Assembly: GCA_963711565.1 (NCBI GenBank)
Contig: CAVQEQ010000002.1
Span: 240,181 to 304,180 of the forward strand
Source: an uncultured delta proteobacterium
Lineage (GTDB): Bacteria > Desulfobacterota > Binatia > Binatales > Binataceae
Reading direction: 5' to 3'
Length of the DNA stretch: 64,000 nucleotides
The translations under genes and the position numbers were made by a program. Positions 1 to 9,877 of the stretch are shown one piece after another. The notes under the pieces were generated by a model. It made no database searches. It saw only the letters and a program-made list of their open reading frames with translations, and was not told the DNA's origin. Every line of letters starts with the position of its first letter. Within the stretch, counting starts at the first letter, position 1.

Positions 1-11
1 ACCACGGTCTG

Positions 12-791
12 TTGCTCGCCCGTACCGATTGGGACGCGCCTAAGCACGAGGGCCTCTCGTATTTCGTGATCGACGTGAAGCAGCCCGGCGTTGACGTGCA
101 ACCGCTCAGGCAGATGAATGGCCATGCGTCGTTTAACCAGGTGTTCTTCACCGACGCGAAAATCCCGAAGGAGAATCTGGTGGGGCGCGTCGGCGATGGA
201 TGGAAGGTGGCGATGACGACGCTCGCGCACGAGCGCCGCGGCGCCGACGGACTGCCGGCGCCGTCAAAGCACGGAACGCGGGTTGGAAAGATACACGCCG
301 AAGAGCGGGCCGAAACCGAAAAGGCGAATCAGCCCTACAAGTGGTATCCGCAGCGCGCCGGCCGCGTGGACCTCATCATCGAGCGCGCGAAGGAGACGGG
401 CGCGAACAAGGATCCTTACGTCCGTCAGGAGATCGCCAGGCTGATGACCCTCGCCAAATGCGCCGAATGGACCGCGCGCCGCGCGCGCGCCGCTCAGCAA
501 CAGGGACGGCCGCAAGGTCCGGAAGGCTCGCTCGGAAAGCTCGCAGCCAGTCACGTCGCGCGATCTTGCTCCCGCGTACATACGCTGATTACGGGCACTG
601 AAGCGATGCTCACTGGACGCGAAAGCCCGCGGGAAGGAATCATCGCCGAAATTCTGGTCTCGGTGCCCGCCGTTTCGATCGCCGGGGGCACCGACGAAAT
701 CCAGCGCAACATCATCGCCGAGCGTGTGCTCGAGCTACCCAAGGAACCCCGGTTCGACACCGGCCCATTCCGCGACGTGCGAAAGAACTAG
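12..791 (+). CDS. acyl-CoA dehydrogenase, C-terminal part (5' end outside window)
   Basis: ARTD..APKHEGLSYF, PLRQMNG...FNQVFF and SIAGGTDEIQRNIIAERVL motifs of the ACAD family. Confidence 0.93.
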   Translation: MLARTDWDAPKHEGLSYFVIDVKQPGVDVQPLRQMNGHASFNQVFFTDAKIPKENLVGRVGDGWKVAMTTLAHERRGADGLPAPSKHGTRVGKIHAEERAETEKANQPYKWYPQRAGRVDLIIERAKETGANKDPYVRQEIARLMTLAKCAEWTARRARAAQQQGRPQGPEGSLGKLAASHVARSCSRVHTLITGTEAMLTGRESPREGIIAEILVSVPAVSIAGGTDEIQRNIIAERVLELPKEPRFDTGPFRDVRKN

Positions 792-795
792 GTCG

Positions 796-1248
796 TTACT
801 CGTCGCTGGAAGTCAGCGTCAGTACCGGGCACGCAGCCCGGCGCACGATCTGTTCAGCCACGCTGCCCAGGAGGAACTGGGTAAGCCCGTGGTGCCCGTG
901 AGTATTTAGAACTATTAGATCGGTGTGCAGGTCGGTCGCCACCTCTAACACGACCTTGGAAGTCTCGCCTCCAACGTCGAAGACTCGCGTGATGGCTTCG
1001 AATTTGAGTCCGGCCAGCTTTTCGGCGGCCATAGCCTGGAGCTTGAGACACGCGTCGGCCTCGGCGCGATTCTTCGCGGAGGCGACTACAGTTTCGGGCG
1101 CGTCAACCGCCTCTATCAACGCCACGACATGCAGCAGGTAGATCGTTGCGTCCATGTCCCTGGCGATCTTCGAGGCCAGCGTCAGCGCTGCCTGCTCAGA
1201 ATCTTCGAACTGTATGGGACAGAGAATTTTCTTGAACGGATAAGACAC
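796..1248 (-). CDS. universal stress protein (UspA family)
   Basis: FKKILCPI N-terminus; [10 protein letters not shown]...[18 protein letters not shown]. Confidence 0.92.
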   Translation of the reverse strand: MSYPFKKILCPIQFEDSEQAALTLASKIARDMDATIYLLHVVALIEAVDAPETVVASAKNRAEADACLKLQAMAAEKLAGLKFEAITRVFDVGGETSKVVLEVATDLHTDLIVLNTHGHHGLTQFLLGSVAEQIVRRAACPVLTLTSSDE

Positions 1249-1384
1249 TAGCCAAATATATCAGTTTCGCGGAGAACCCTGAATTAAATCTGCGAGCCGA
1301 AGTGGTGGCGAGTGAATCTGTTGCATCGACTGGCGAATTTCCTTGACGGCAGTGGGGCTATGCTGGGACTATAGATTCGCAAAT

Positions 1385-1440
1385 GGTGATGGGGTTCACC
1401 GATTAACCGCTCTCTGTTTCAGAGGCTGATGACCCCTGCG
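1385..1440 (+). promoter_or_regulatory. fluoride riboswitch (crcB motif) #1, upstream of ilvD-mutS-mutS
   Basis: GGTGATGGGGTTCACC-GATTAACC-GCTCTCTGTTTCAGAGGC-TGATGACCCCTGC: P1, P2 and GGGGT/ACCCC pseudoknot match the consensus. Confidence 0.93.
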
Positions 1441-1465
1441 GAAAAAGCCGTAGGGGTTTATTTTT
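1432..1465 (+). terminator. intrinsic terminator, expression platform of riboswitch #1
   Basis: ACCCCTGCGG-AAAAAG-CCGTAGGGGT followed by TTATTTTT; overlaps the pseudoknot strand. Confidence 0.85.
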
Positions 1466-1506
1466 GGAAGAGCGCCAGGGTTTCTTCAATAAGAGGATAC
1501 GATACC

Positions 1507-3180
1507 ATGCCTGAAAATCTTAGAAGTAAGACGATTACCGAGGGCGTCCAACGTTCACCGAATCGGTCAATGCTGCGCGCCGTTGGCTTCACCGACAGTG
1601 ATTTTCAGAAGCCAATTATCGGTATCGCCAACGCGTACAGCACGATCACCCCATGCAACATAAGTCTGAACGTACTCGCGCAGCGCGCAGAGTCCGCACT
1701 CAAGACGTCGGGTGCGATGCCGCAGGTATTCGGCACCATCACGGTTAGCGATGGCATAGCGATGGGAACCGAGGGCATGAAGTACTCGCTGGTATCGCGC
1801 GAGGTGATCGCGGATTCCATCGAGACGGCGTGCAGCGCTCAGTCGATGGACGGCGTAGTTGCGATCGGCGGTTGCGACAAGAACATGCCGGGCTCGATGA
1901 TGGCGATCGCGCGGATGAATATTCCAGCGATCTTCGTTTACGGTGGAACGATCAAGCCGGGACACTACAACGGCCGCGATCTGACGATCGTGAGCGCCTT
2001 CGAAGCAGTCGGGGAATTCAGCGCTCACAAGATCGGCGAGAAAGAATTGCTCGAGGTCGAGCGCCGCGCGTGTCCTGGGGCGGGTTCGTGCGGCGGGATG
2101 TATACCGCCAACACAATGTCGTCGGCGATCGAGGCGATGGGCATGAGCCTGCCGTATTCGTCAACGATGGCGGCCGAAGATTCCGAGAAGGCCGACAGTG
2201 CCGCGAAATCGGCGCAAGCCGTTGTCCAGGCGGTGCGCACGCAATTGCTGCCGCGACAAATCATGACGCGCAAGGCGTTCGAGAATGCGATCTCAGTCGT
2301 GATGGCGGTGGGAGGATCGACCAACGCCGTACTCCATCTGCTCGCGATGGCTCACACGGCTGAAGTGCCGCTGACTATCGACGACTTCGAGACGATTCGT
2401 CAGCGCGTACCGGTCCTGTGCGACATGAAGCCGTCGGGGCCTTACGCCACGACTGACTTGCACCGCGCGGGCGGGATCCCGCAGGTGATGAAAATGCTCC
2501 TGAACCGAGGGCTGCTGCACGGTGACGCGATCACCATCACCGGAAAAACGATTGCGGAGAATCTGGCCGAAGTCCCCGATGCGCCGGGTACGGATCAGGC
2601 GGTCATTCATCAGTGGAATAAGCCGGTCTATCCGCAGGGTCATCTGGCAATCATGCGGGGGAACCTGGCAACTGAAGGCGCCGTCGCAAAGATCACCGGG
2701 ATAAAGAGCCATCACATTACGGGACCGGCACGAGTGTTCGAAAGCGAGGAAGACTGCCTGAGTTCGATCCTCGCGGGCAAGATCAAAGCCGGTGACGTGG
2801 TCGTGATTCGCTACGAAGGGCCGAAGGGCGGACCTGGGATGCGCGAGATGCTGTCACCGACCTCGGCGATCATCGGCGCCGGGCTCGGCGATGCGGTCGG
2901 ACTCATAACCGACGGCCGTTTCTCGGGCGGTACCTATGGTTTGGTTGTGGGACACGTCGCCCCGGAAGCACAGGTGGGCGGACTGATCGCGCTGGTGCAC
3001 GAAGGGGACTCGATCACGATCGATGCGAACAAACATCTGCTTACGCTGAATGTGCCCGAAGCCGAGATCGCGCGGCGCCGGTCCGAATGGCGAGCGCCTA
3101 AGCCCCGATACACCCGAGGCGTGCTGGCGAAGTACGCGGCTCAAGTGTCATCGAGTAGCATCGGGGCCGTGACGGACTAA
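1507..3180 (+). CDS. ilvD: dihydroxy-acid dehydratase
   Basis: [54 protein letters not shown]; RBS AGAGGA before ATG 1507. Confidence 0.97.
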   Translation: MPENLRSKTITEGVQRSPNRSMLRAVGFTDSDFQKPIIGIANAYSTITPCNISLNVLAQRAESALKTSGAMPQVFGTITVSDGIAMGTEGMKYSLVSREVIADSIETACSAQSMDGVVAIGGCDKNMPGSMMAIARMNIPAIFVYGGTIKPGHYNGRDLTIVSAFEAVGEFSAHKIGEKELLEVERRACPGAGSCGGMYTANTMSSAIEAMGMSLPYSSTMAAEDSEKADSAAKSAQAVVQAVRTQLLPRQIMTRKAFENAISVVMAVGGSTNAVLHLLAMAHTAEVPLTIDDFETIRQRVPVLCDMKPSGPYATTDLHRAGGIPQVMKMLLNRGLLHGDAITITGKTIAENLAEVPDAPGTDQAVIHQWNKPVYPQGHLAIMRGNLATEGAVAKITGIKSHHITGPARVFESEEDCLSSILAGKIKAGDVVVIRYEGPKGGPGMREMLSPTSAIIGAGLGDAVGLITDGRFSGGTYGLVVGHVAPEAQVGGLIALVHEGDSITIDANKHLLTLNVPEAEIARRRSEWRAPKPRYTRGVLAKYAAQVSSSSIGAVTD

Positions 3181-3232
3181 CGGGGTCGCCGCACATAGCC
3201 CTCTAACCGCGTGGGCATAGAAGTGTCCTTGG

Positions 3233-4766
3233 ATGACCTTCCACAGCATACTCTTCGAAGGTGCTAGCAACGGTGTCTCGGCGGTACGACCAGCCGCGCC
3301 CGATTCTTTTGTCGATCTCAATCTCGATCAGGTCGTGGCCGCTATCACCGCCGGCAAGGAAGAATATGACCTGAAACCTTTTTTCTATGCCTCCCTGCAT
3401 GACGCCGACGCGATCAACTACCGGCAGGAGGTCATGCAAGCGCTCGAAGAATGTTCCTCTCGCCGATAGCATCAGGGCCTTCGCCGCGCAGATGCATTCG
3501 ATGCGGCAGTATCTGGCTCAATCCGAGGAACTCGCGGGTCGCCAGAAAGAGCGATGGTTCCTCGATGCTGTCGATATCTATTGCGACGGGGTGACAGAAC
3601 TGGTCAACAACCTATCGACTACAGACCTGACGTCGCGTGGGCTCCTGGCTTTTCGGGAGTACGCGACCCAGTATGCTGCATCCGATCCCTTCGCGCGGCT
3701 CTTGAAGGAAACGAAAGAGCTTAAGTCCGCTCTCGCTTCAATCGAGTACTGCGTCCTTATCAACAGTCCCAACGTCCAGGTCCGCAAATACGAGGGCGAG
3801 CCCGACTACAGTGCGGATGTCCAGTCAACCTTCGAAAGGTTCAAGCAGGGTACGGTCACGGACTACAACTTCAAGTTTTTCGATTCACCTAAAATGGACC
3901 ACATCGAGGAGAAGATTTTCGACCTGGTCACCCGGCTCTATCCCGAAATATTCAGTCGACTGCAATCTTACTGCGCGAGCCACAAAGATTATCCAGACTA
4001 TGCGATCTTCACGTTCGACAAGGAGATCCAGTTCTATGTCGCCTACCTGGAGCATATCGCGCGATTCAAAAACGCCGGGTTGGATTTCTGTTATCCGCGA
4101 ATGGACAGGACCTGCAAGGAAGTTTACAGTTCTGCGGGCTTCGATCTCGCGTTGGCCGGCGCTCTTATAAGTGAACGGGCCATCCCTGTGAGCAATGACT
4201 TTCATCTCAAGGATCGCGAGCGGATGATCGTCGTCTCCGGTCCGAATCAAGGTGGCAAGACGACCTTTGCCCGTACCTTCGGGCAGTTGCACTATCTGGC
4301 GAGCCTCGGCTGTCCGGTGCCGGGAAAAGAAGCGCGCCTGTTTCTCTTCGACCAGATCTTTACGCATTTTGAACGAGAGGAAAATGCAAACAACCTGCGC
4401 GGCAAGCTACAGGACGATCTCCTTAGAGTGCATCAAATTCTCGAGCGCGCAACCCCTGACAGCATCATCATCATGAATGAGATTTTCACCTCCACTACAC
4501 TGCAAGACGCCGTCGTTCTCAGCAAGAAGATTGCCGCCAGGATAATGAAATTGGACCTCCTGTGCGTATGGGTGACGTTCGTCGAAGAGTTGGCGTCATT
4601 GAGCGAGCAGACCCTGAGCATGGTCAGTACTGTAGTGCCCGAGAGTCCGGCGCTGCGGACTTATAAGATTGTCAGGCGCCCCGCCGACGGGCTTTCCTAC
4701 GCAATGTCGATCGCGGAGAAATATCGGGTCACATACAAGACGCTCAAGGAACGACTCGGCTCGTGA
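3233..4766 (+). pseudogene. MutS-related ATPase (domain V only), single frameshift near 3450 (or sequencing error)
   Basis: MTFHSILF...DLNLDQVV frame ends at 3469; second frame continues NVPLADSIRAF...SGPNQGGKTTF, FTHFEREE, GKLQDDL, MNEIFTST. Confidence 0.85.
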
Positions 4767-6259
4767 AGGCGCATCTCCTGTACAGGGATCATGATTTCGA
4801 TTTGGAGCGGCCGTTGCCCTGGAATGAAGTCGCACTGGTTAAGGATCTGTCGCTGAGCACTCTGTTCGCCGCGATGGCGCGGGGCGACCAGTTGGTCTCT
4901 GAAGTCAGCAAGCGAGTTATCCTGCTGGGCTTCGATAACGGCCTCGAGACGATTCGCTATCGCCAGAGCGTTTTGCGGGACTGCCTCAACCAACCGTTCG
5001 TTGTCCGCGAGCTTTACGCGGTCGCAGTCGATGCGATGGAGAAGCAGAAGAGGCACTATCTTGGAATCTTCGCCCGCTACCCCGACTCGGTCCTTCGCCA
5101 TTCGATCGAACTGATGGAAACCTTCCTCAGCATGCTGAAGACCCTGCGGAAGATCACGGATTCGCACGCTGACAAGTTCGTTTCAGAGGGATGGACGGCG
5201 TTTTACGCGATGTTGCGGCGTGAGCTTGATGACGACTATTTTGCTCTCGTCGAGAATCACCTGGAACGATTGAAATTCCGCGGTGGGGTATTACTCAGCG
5301 CCAGGCTGGGTAAGGGGAACAAGGGCGATCCCTATGTCCTCCGTGAACCGCCCTATCGAAAAGAAACGTTCCTGACGCGGCTCTTCCGACAACAATCGTC
5401 TGCTTACAGCTTCACGCTCCATCCACGCGAAGAAAGTGGATTCAGGGCGCTATCAGAGTTACGAGACCGAGGGATAGGACTTGTCGCCAATGCGCTGGCC
5501 CGATCTACCGGACACGTGCGCAGTTTTTTCGACATGCTGCGGACGGAGCTAGCCTATTATGTGGGTTGCGTGAACCTGCACGAGGAGCTTAACCGAAAGA
5601 GAGTTTCGATGTCTTTTCCGTCGCTCGCAACCGCGGATGAGCGCAGGCTGTCCTTTCAGGGATTGTGCGATGCCTGCCTGGCGCTGAACATGGAGCAGCG
5701 GATAGTCGCCAACGACGCCGACGCTGACAAGCGAACCGTTGTGTTCGTCACCGGCGCCAACCAGGGCGGCAAATCGACTTTTCTACGAAGCATAGGATTG
5801 GCCCAGTTGATGACGCAGTGCGGAATGTTCGTGTCCGCCGAGTCGTTATGCTCCAGCATCCGCGATGGACTCTTCACCCATTACAAAAGGGAGGAAGATA
5901 CCGCCATGAAAAGCGGCAAGCTCGACGAGGAGCTCAGCCGCATGAGTGACATCGTTGACCATATCACTCCGCATTCCATGATCCTGTTCAATGAGTCCTT
6001 TGCGGCGACCAACGAGCGCGAAGGCTCGGAGATTGCCGGCCAGATCATATCCGCGCTCCTGGAAAAGCGGGTCAAGATTGTTTTCGTGACCCACCTTCAT
6101 GAGTTAGCCCGCGCCTTCTATGAGAGAGACAAGGCCGAGGTCTTGTTCTTACGGGCGGAAAGGCAGACCGACGGTGTCCGAACTTACAAGTTGCTCGAAG
6201 GAGAGCCGCTCCAGACCAGCTTCGGTGACGACTTGTACCAAAGCATTTTTGATGGCTAA
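4763..6259 (+). CDS. MutS-related ATPase (domain V only), second of pair
   Basis: TGANQGGKSTFLRSIG, FTHYKREED, SGKLDEEL, FNESFAATNEREG, VTHLHEL; GTGA overlap with previous gene. Confidence 0.9.
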   Translation: MKAHLLYRDHDFDLERPLPWNEVALVKDLSLSTLFAAMARGDQLVSEVSKRVILLGFDNGLETIRYRQSVLRDCLNQPFVVRELYAVAVDAMEKQKRHYLGIFARYPDSVLRHSIELMETFLSMLKTLRKITDSHADKFVSEGWTAFYAMLRRELDDDYFALVENHLERLKFRGGVLLSARLGKGNKGDPYVLREPPYRKETFLTRLFRQQSSAYSFTLHPREESGFRALSELRDRGIGLVANALARSTGHVRSFFDMLRTELAYYVGCVNLHEELNRKRVSMSFPSLATADERRLSFQGLCDACLALNMEQRIVANDADADKRTVVFVTGANQGGKSTFLRSIGLAQLMTQCGMFVSAESLCSSIRDGLFTHYKREEDTAMKSGKLDEELSRMSDIVDHITPHSMILFNESFAATNEREGSEIAGQIISALLEKRVKIVFVTHLHELARAFYERDKAEVLFLRAERQTDGVRTYKLLEGEPLQTSFGDDLYQSIFDG

Positions 6260-8010
6260 CCTTCGAGCGTTGAAGGATGGTCCGACGCCGGCTTGACCTT
6301 TGCGCGAAGACGCTCCAGACGTTCGAGACTCGATTTGACGGCCTCGGTTCCGGCAGCGCGCGTGGCCTCGGCGCGAGCCAGTGTGCTTTCGGCGGTGGTG
6401 CGCAATTCATTGAGCATGCCGCGGATCTCCGCCTCCAGGCGGCGCCCGCTCTCACGAACGATCACGTCGAAATCGTTCAGAATTCTTGTGCTGTTGAGCG
6501 ACAGCAACGTGACCAGATATCGCGCGACTTTCTTTTCGACGATTTCCAGCTGGCTGCGCCGGGTCCTGAAGATTCCGATGATCCGCTCCGCGACCGTCTG
6601 CCGCGGAAAACCGAAATGCTCGCCGAAGTAGAGCTTGCCCTTCACACGGAACCCGGACTCCTCGCTCACCGCCGACGGCAAATCAGACAGAAGCGAATCG
6701 CCGGACTCGGCAACCCGCTTCAGAAAATCGTTGGCGAGCTGCACGAAGCGGTGGGCGGACTCGCGGTACATCGCCTCGGCGGCGGGACGCTCCTCTTCGA
6801 GCCATTGATTGAGCAGCCGGCGTGAAATGGATTGCGCGATCTCCGTCGCGCAGTCATAAAGTGGCGACCCGCGCCCTTCGGTCGCTTGAGCGATTGCCTC
6901 GTGAAACTCTTGGCGGGCAGCCGGGATTGTGCGAGCAAGAAAGCTGTCGCGACGCTCGGTGCATCGGCGACTGACCCGTTCTTGCTCGGCCTTGAACAAA
7001 TGGCTCAGATCGCCAAGCGAACGTTCGGCGTCGGCGATCACCTCCCGCAGGCGTGACGCGATACGCTGCGACTCTTCAGCCGGCGCAATCAGCGCGTCGT
7101 GGAGGTTGTCGATTTCGCGGAGCAGGTTGCCGGTGAGCCGCTGGATGCCGCGGTTCTCCGCCGCTTCCACGAGGGCCGGGCCGGATTCGCGCGCGAGCCG
7201 TTCAAGCTCTGCCAACAGGGCCGGACCGTCGCGCGATGGACCCGCGGCGTTCAGCCATTCGGCTGCGCTGACCTGGAACACGCGTCCCACCTCGCGCTTG
7301 ATCTTCTGGGCCAAAGTACGTCGCGCAAATTCAATCGCCTCGCTACACTCACTGGCGGTGAGGCGGTCCGCCTTGCTGAGCACGAACACTATCTCCTGCA
7401 GCTGGGATGCGAGCTCTTCAAGAAGAATTAGTTCCTCACCCGATATCGGCGGATCGGCGCCAAGCACGATCAGGGCGGCGTCGATGTGAGGAACGAAAGC
7501 CCTGGTGACCGCAGTATTGCCGGCGAAGACTGAGCCGATACCGGGCGTGTCCACGAGGCACATGCCGGAAGCAAGCAGCGCAGCGGGCACAAAAACTTCG
7601 ACGGCGGCGACACCTCGAGAGTTTTCCGGGTTGCGCTCCTCGGAGACGTAGTCGGAGGTAGATTGCACCGAGACCTGCTGGCGCGATCCGTTTTCGAAGT
7701 GAACTTCAGCGTGAAGAATAGGCCCATACCGAACGATGGTTACGATCGCAGTGACGGGCACGACGCCGGTGGGCAGGACGGAGGTTCCGATCAACGCATT
7801 GAGGAGGCTCGACTTGCCGCGTTTGAACTGGCCGAGACAGGCGACAAAGAAGCGCTTATCGGCAACGCGCTCGGCCAGCGCGCGGGCCTCGCGCTCGACG
7901 CGCTGGCTATCCAGCTCGCTCGCGACGTCAATTAACGATAGGAGCGGAAGATGGCGCGAGATTCGTGCGTTACCCGCGAACTTCCCGGATGTATATTGCT
8001 CTTCGGGCAA
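6256..8010 (-). CDS. dynamin-like GTPase
   Basis: G1 GQFKRGKSS, G2 LPTGVVPVT, G3 DTPG, G4 SKAD, long helical C-terminus; start uncertain. Confidence 0.88.
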   Translation of the reverse strand: MPEEQYTSGKFAGNARISRHLPLLSLIDVASELDSQRVEREARALAERVADKRFFVACLGQFKRGKSSLLNALIGTSVLPTGVVPVTAIVTIVRYGPILHAEVHFENGSRQQVSVQSTSDYVSEERNPENSRGVAAVEVFVPAALLASGMCLVDTPGIGSVFAGNTAVTRAFVPHIDAALIVLGADPPISGEELILLEELASQLQEIVFVLSKADRLTASECSEAIEFARRTLAQKIKREVGRVFQVSAAEWLNAAGPSRDGPALLAELERLARESGPALVEAAENRGIQRLTGNLLREIDNLHDALIAPAEESQRIASRLREVIADAERSLGDLSHLFKAEQERVSRRCTERRDSFLARTIPAARQEFHEAIAQATEGRGSPLYDCATEIAQSISRRLLNQWLEEERPAAEAMYRESAHRFVQLANDFLKRVAESGDSLLSDLPSAVSEESGFRVKGKLYFGEHFGFPRQTVAERIIGIFRTRRSQLEIVEKKVARYLVTLLSLNSTRILNDFDVIVRESGRRLEAEIRGMLNELRTTAESTLARAEATRAAGTEAVKSSLERLERLRAKVKPASDHPSTLEG

Positions 8011-8019
8011 GGGATTTTC

Positions 8020-8550
8020 TTACCTGTCAGACTTGCGCGATGCTCGGGCGATTGCATCGCTGATGTACTCGAAGGTCTCGTCGAGTTCCATCCAGTGAGA
8101 GATTTTCTTCCGATCGCCTTCTTCAAGGTCCTTGTAGTGATTGAAGAAATGGCTGATCTGCTCATATAGAATGGCCGGGAGATCGGCCAGGGTGCGAACA
8201 TTTATGTAGTAGGGGTTCAATCTGTCCACGGGGACGGCGATGATCCTCTGGTCGTCGTCTTCCATCGCAAGCCCACCGATCGGGCGGGATCGAACGACCG
8301 CGAGCGGGACAATTGGGACCTGCGAGACGACCAGCACGTCGCACGGATCCCCATCGCGACACACAGTGTGCGGAATGAATCCGTAATTGGCGGGATAGTG
8401 CATCGGGGTATGCAGGAACCTGTCCACGAACAGCGAACCTGAAGCCGGATCGAACTCGTACTTGATCGGCGCGCCCTCTTGAGGAATCTCGATTATCACG
8501 TTGACCTCGGACGGAGGGTTGTCGCCGATTGAAATTTTGCGGATATCCAT
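8020..8550 (-). CDS. ppa: family I inorganic pyrophosphatase (variant active-site loop)
   Basis: IEIP..KYE, VDRFL, YPANYGFIPHT, DGDPCD, HFFNHYKDLE; start at MDIRK just after riboswitch #2. Confidence 0.92.
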   Translation of the reverse strand: MDIRKISIGDNPPSEVNVIIEIPQEGAPIKYEFDPASGSLFVDRFLHTPMHYPANYGFIPHTVCRDGDPCDVLVVSQVPIVPLAVVRSRPIGGLAMEDDDQRIIAVPVDRLNPYYINVRTLADLPAILYEQISHFFNHYKDLEEGDRKKISHWMELDETFEYISDAIARASRKSDR

Positions 8551-8583
8551 AAAAAAACTCCCACGGCGCCGCGCCGCAGGAGT
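8551..8583 (-). terminator. terminator/RBS-sequestering hairpin of riboswitch #2
   Basis: minus strand ACTCCTGCGGCG..CGCCGTGGGAGT followed by a T run and then ATG; the GGAG RBS is inside the stem. Confidence 0.8.
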
Positions 8584-8629
8584 CATCGGCCGCTCGACGA
8601 GAGCGGCAATTTTGGTGGACTCCACCACC
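8576..8629 (-). promoter_or_regulatory. fluoride riboswitch #2, upstream of ppa-dynamin
   Basis: minus strand GGTGGTGGAGTCCACC-AAAATT-GCCGCTC-TCGTC-GAGCGGC-CGATGACTCCTGC. Confidence 0.88.
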
Positions 8630-8638
8630 TTCGAGATC

Positions 8639-8668
8639 AAACTAGCAGAGCGATCGGTGCGCAGCCAA
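8639..8668 (-). promoter_or_regulatory. putative sigma70 promoter for riboswitch #2
   Basis: TTGGCT-18 nt-TAGTTT with TGn extension, about 10 nt before the aptamer. Confidence 0.5.
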
Positions 8669-8676
8669 GCTTTCAC

Positions 8677-9003
8677 TCACTCCAGAAGATTGGGCAGAAG
8701 ACCGCGGCGAAAAGCAGTGGCGAAGTCATAAAGGGCATCGGGCATAATAACGGACATCAGAAGAGAATCGGCGAATGAGACTCCCCAGAGTTTGGTAGCG
8801 GCTGAGGCGTGCCACGGATAGCAGAACACGATGCGACGCTCTCGGAGAATGACCAACGCGGTCATAGCCTTCGCGAGCGGGCATCGGCTGTCGGCGTCTT
8901 CCAGCGAACCGGGCGGAAACGATTCGAGCGGCGGTTCGCCGATTTCGCGTCTTACGGCGTTGACGAGACGCAGCGCCGAGGTAACCAGTTCCGTATATTC
9001 CAT
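8677..9003 (-). CDS. hypothetical protein (108 aa) under riboswitch #3
   Basis: ATG at 9003 preceded by GGAG; MEYTELV...CPLAKAM...FRRGLLPNLLE; no recognised family. Confidence 0.7.
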   Translation of the reverse strand: MEYTELVTSALRLVNAVRREIGEPPLESFPPGSLEDADSRCPLAKAMTALVILRERRIVFCYPWHASAATKLWGVSFADSLLMSVIMPDALYDFATAFRRGLLPNLLE

Positions 9004-9025
9004 GACTCCGCGATCAATCGCGATC

Positions 9026-9080
9026 CAGGAGTCATTGGCCCGGCCCGGCGGCCTAAGCGGGTTCGGCGGACTCCACCGCC
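9026..9080 (-). promoter_or_regulatory. fluoride riboswitch #3 (translational platform)
   Basis: minus strand GGCGGTGGAGTCCGCC-GAACCC-GCTTAGGCC-GCCG-GGCCGGGC-CAATGACTCCTG; its GACTCC can pair with GGAGTC directly before the ATG. Confidence 0.85.
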
Positions 9081-9185
9081 GTCTACAATAGAGATATCCG
9101 GTTTGGCGTGACGGTGAATTGGTCTTAACCGTATTGACCATCACCTTTGGTGATCTTACCTCAATCTCTGGCAAACTGGATGCCG

Positions 9186-9803
9186 ATGACGAAAATTATC
9201 TTGATCCGCCACGGTAACGTGGAAGGTCTTAAGCCCGAGCGCTTTCGCGGACGCGCCGATCTCGAGCTGACGCCATTTGGTGTGGCCCAAGCCACCGCTA
9301 CTGCTCAGAGGATCGCGGCGGCGTGGCACCCCTGCGCCATCTTTACAAGCCCTCTACGCCGATGCGTTTCGACCAGCAGGCCGATTGCCGACGCTTGCGG
9401 AGTACCCAGTGAGACGATCGACGGACTTGTCGACCTCGACTACGGCGCTTGGCAGTGGAAAACTCACGACGAAGCGCGGCGCGAATCGCCGCAGCTATTC
9501 GACGCATGGCGCAGTGCGCCGCAGCTGGTCCGTTTTCCAGAGGGTGAATCATTGCAAGATCTGGTCGCGCGAACGTCAGACGCGTTGCGGTTCGTGCTGA
9601 ACAAATACGCCGGGAACACCGTCGTTCTCGTCGGACATGACAGTGTCAACAAGGCTCTGCTCCTGCAGCTCATAGACCAGCCCCTCTCCGCCTATTGGCG
9701 CCTCGCGCAGGACTGTTGCGCAATCAACGAAATCGACATCGAGGAGACCACGATACGGGTGTCCCGGATCAACGAAACGCATCACCTCATTGGCGTGACC
9801 TGA
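9186..9803 (+). CDS. histidine phosphatase / phosphoglycerate mutase family protein
   Basis: LIRHG, FRGRAD..LT..G, TSPLRRC, DYGAW, FPEGES, LVGH. Confidence 0.92.
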   Translation: MTKIILIRHGNVEGLKPERFRGRADLELTPFGVAQATATAQRIAAAWHPCAIFTSPLRRCVSTSRPIADACGVPSETIDGLVDLDYGAWQWKTHDEARRESPQLFDAWRSAPQLVRFPEGESLQDLVARTSDALRFVLNKYAGNTVVLVGHDSVNKALLLQLIDQPLSAYWRLAQDCCAINEIDIEETTIRVSRINETHHLIGVT

Positions 9804-9877
9804 ATCGCAAACGCGAGCCCCAATGCTTCGCGGCGTTGACTCCCGAGCCAGATAGGTTATTTGATATAGTCGCAGAC

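Noticed and set aside
1343-1375. Sigma70 promoters TTGACG..TATAGA (and TTGACT..TATAGT at 9836-9870)
   Set aside because: Spacing of 21-23 nt is too long to call confidently, although a promoter must lie nearby
1429-1506. N-terminal extension of ilvD in the ORF track
   Set aside because: Runs through the riboswitch terminator; the RBS and family N-terminus fit ATG 1507
3233-6259. Canonical mismatch-repair mutS
   Set aside because: Too short, no mismatch-binding domain, no mutL nearby
8551-8676. N-terminal extension of ppa
   Set aside because: Occupied by riboswitch #2 and its promoter; the PPase begins at MDIRK (8550)
9004-9174. N-terminal extension of the orphan ORF
   Set aside because: Overlaps riboswitch #3 and the divergent promoter region
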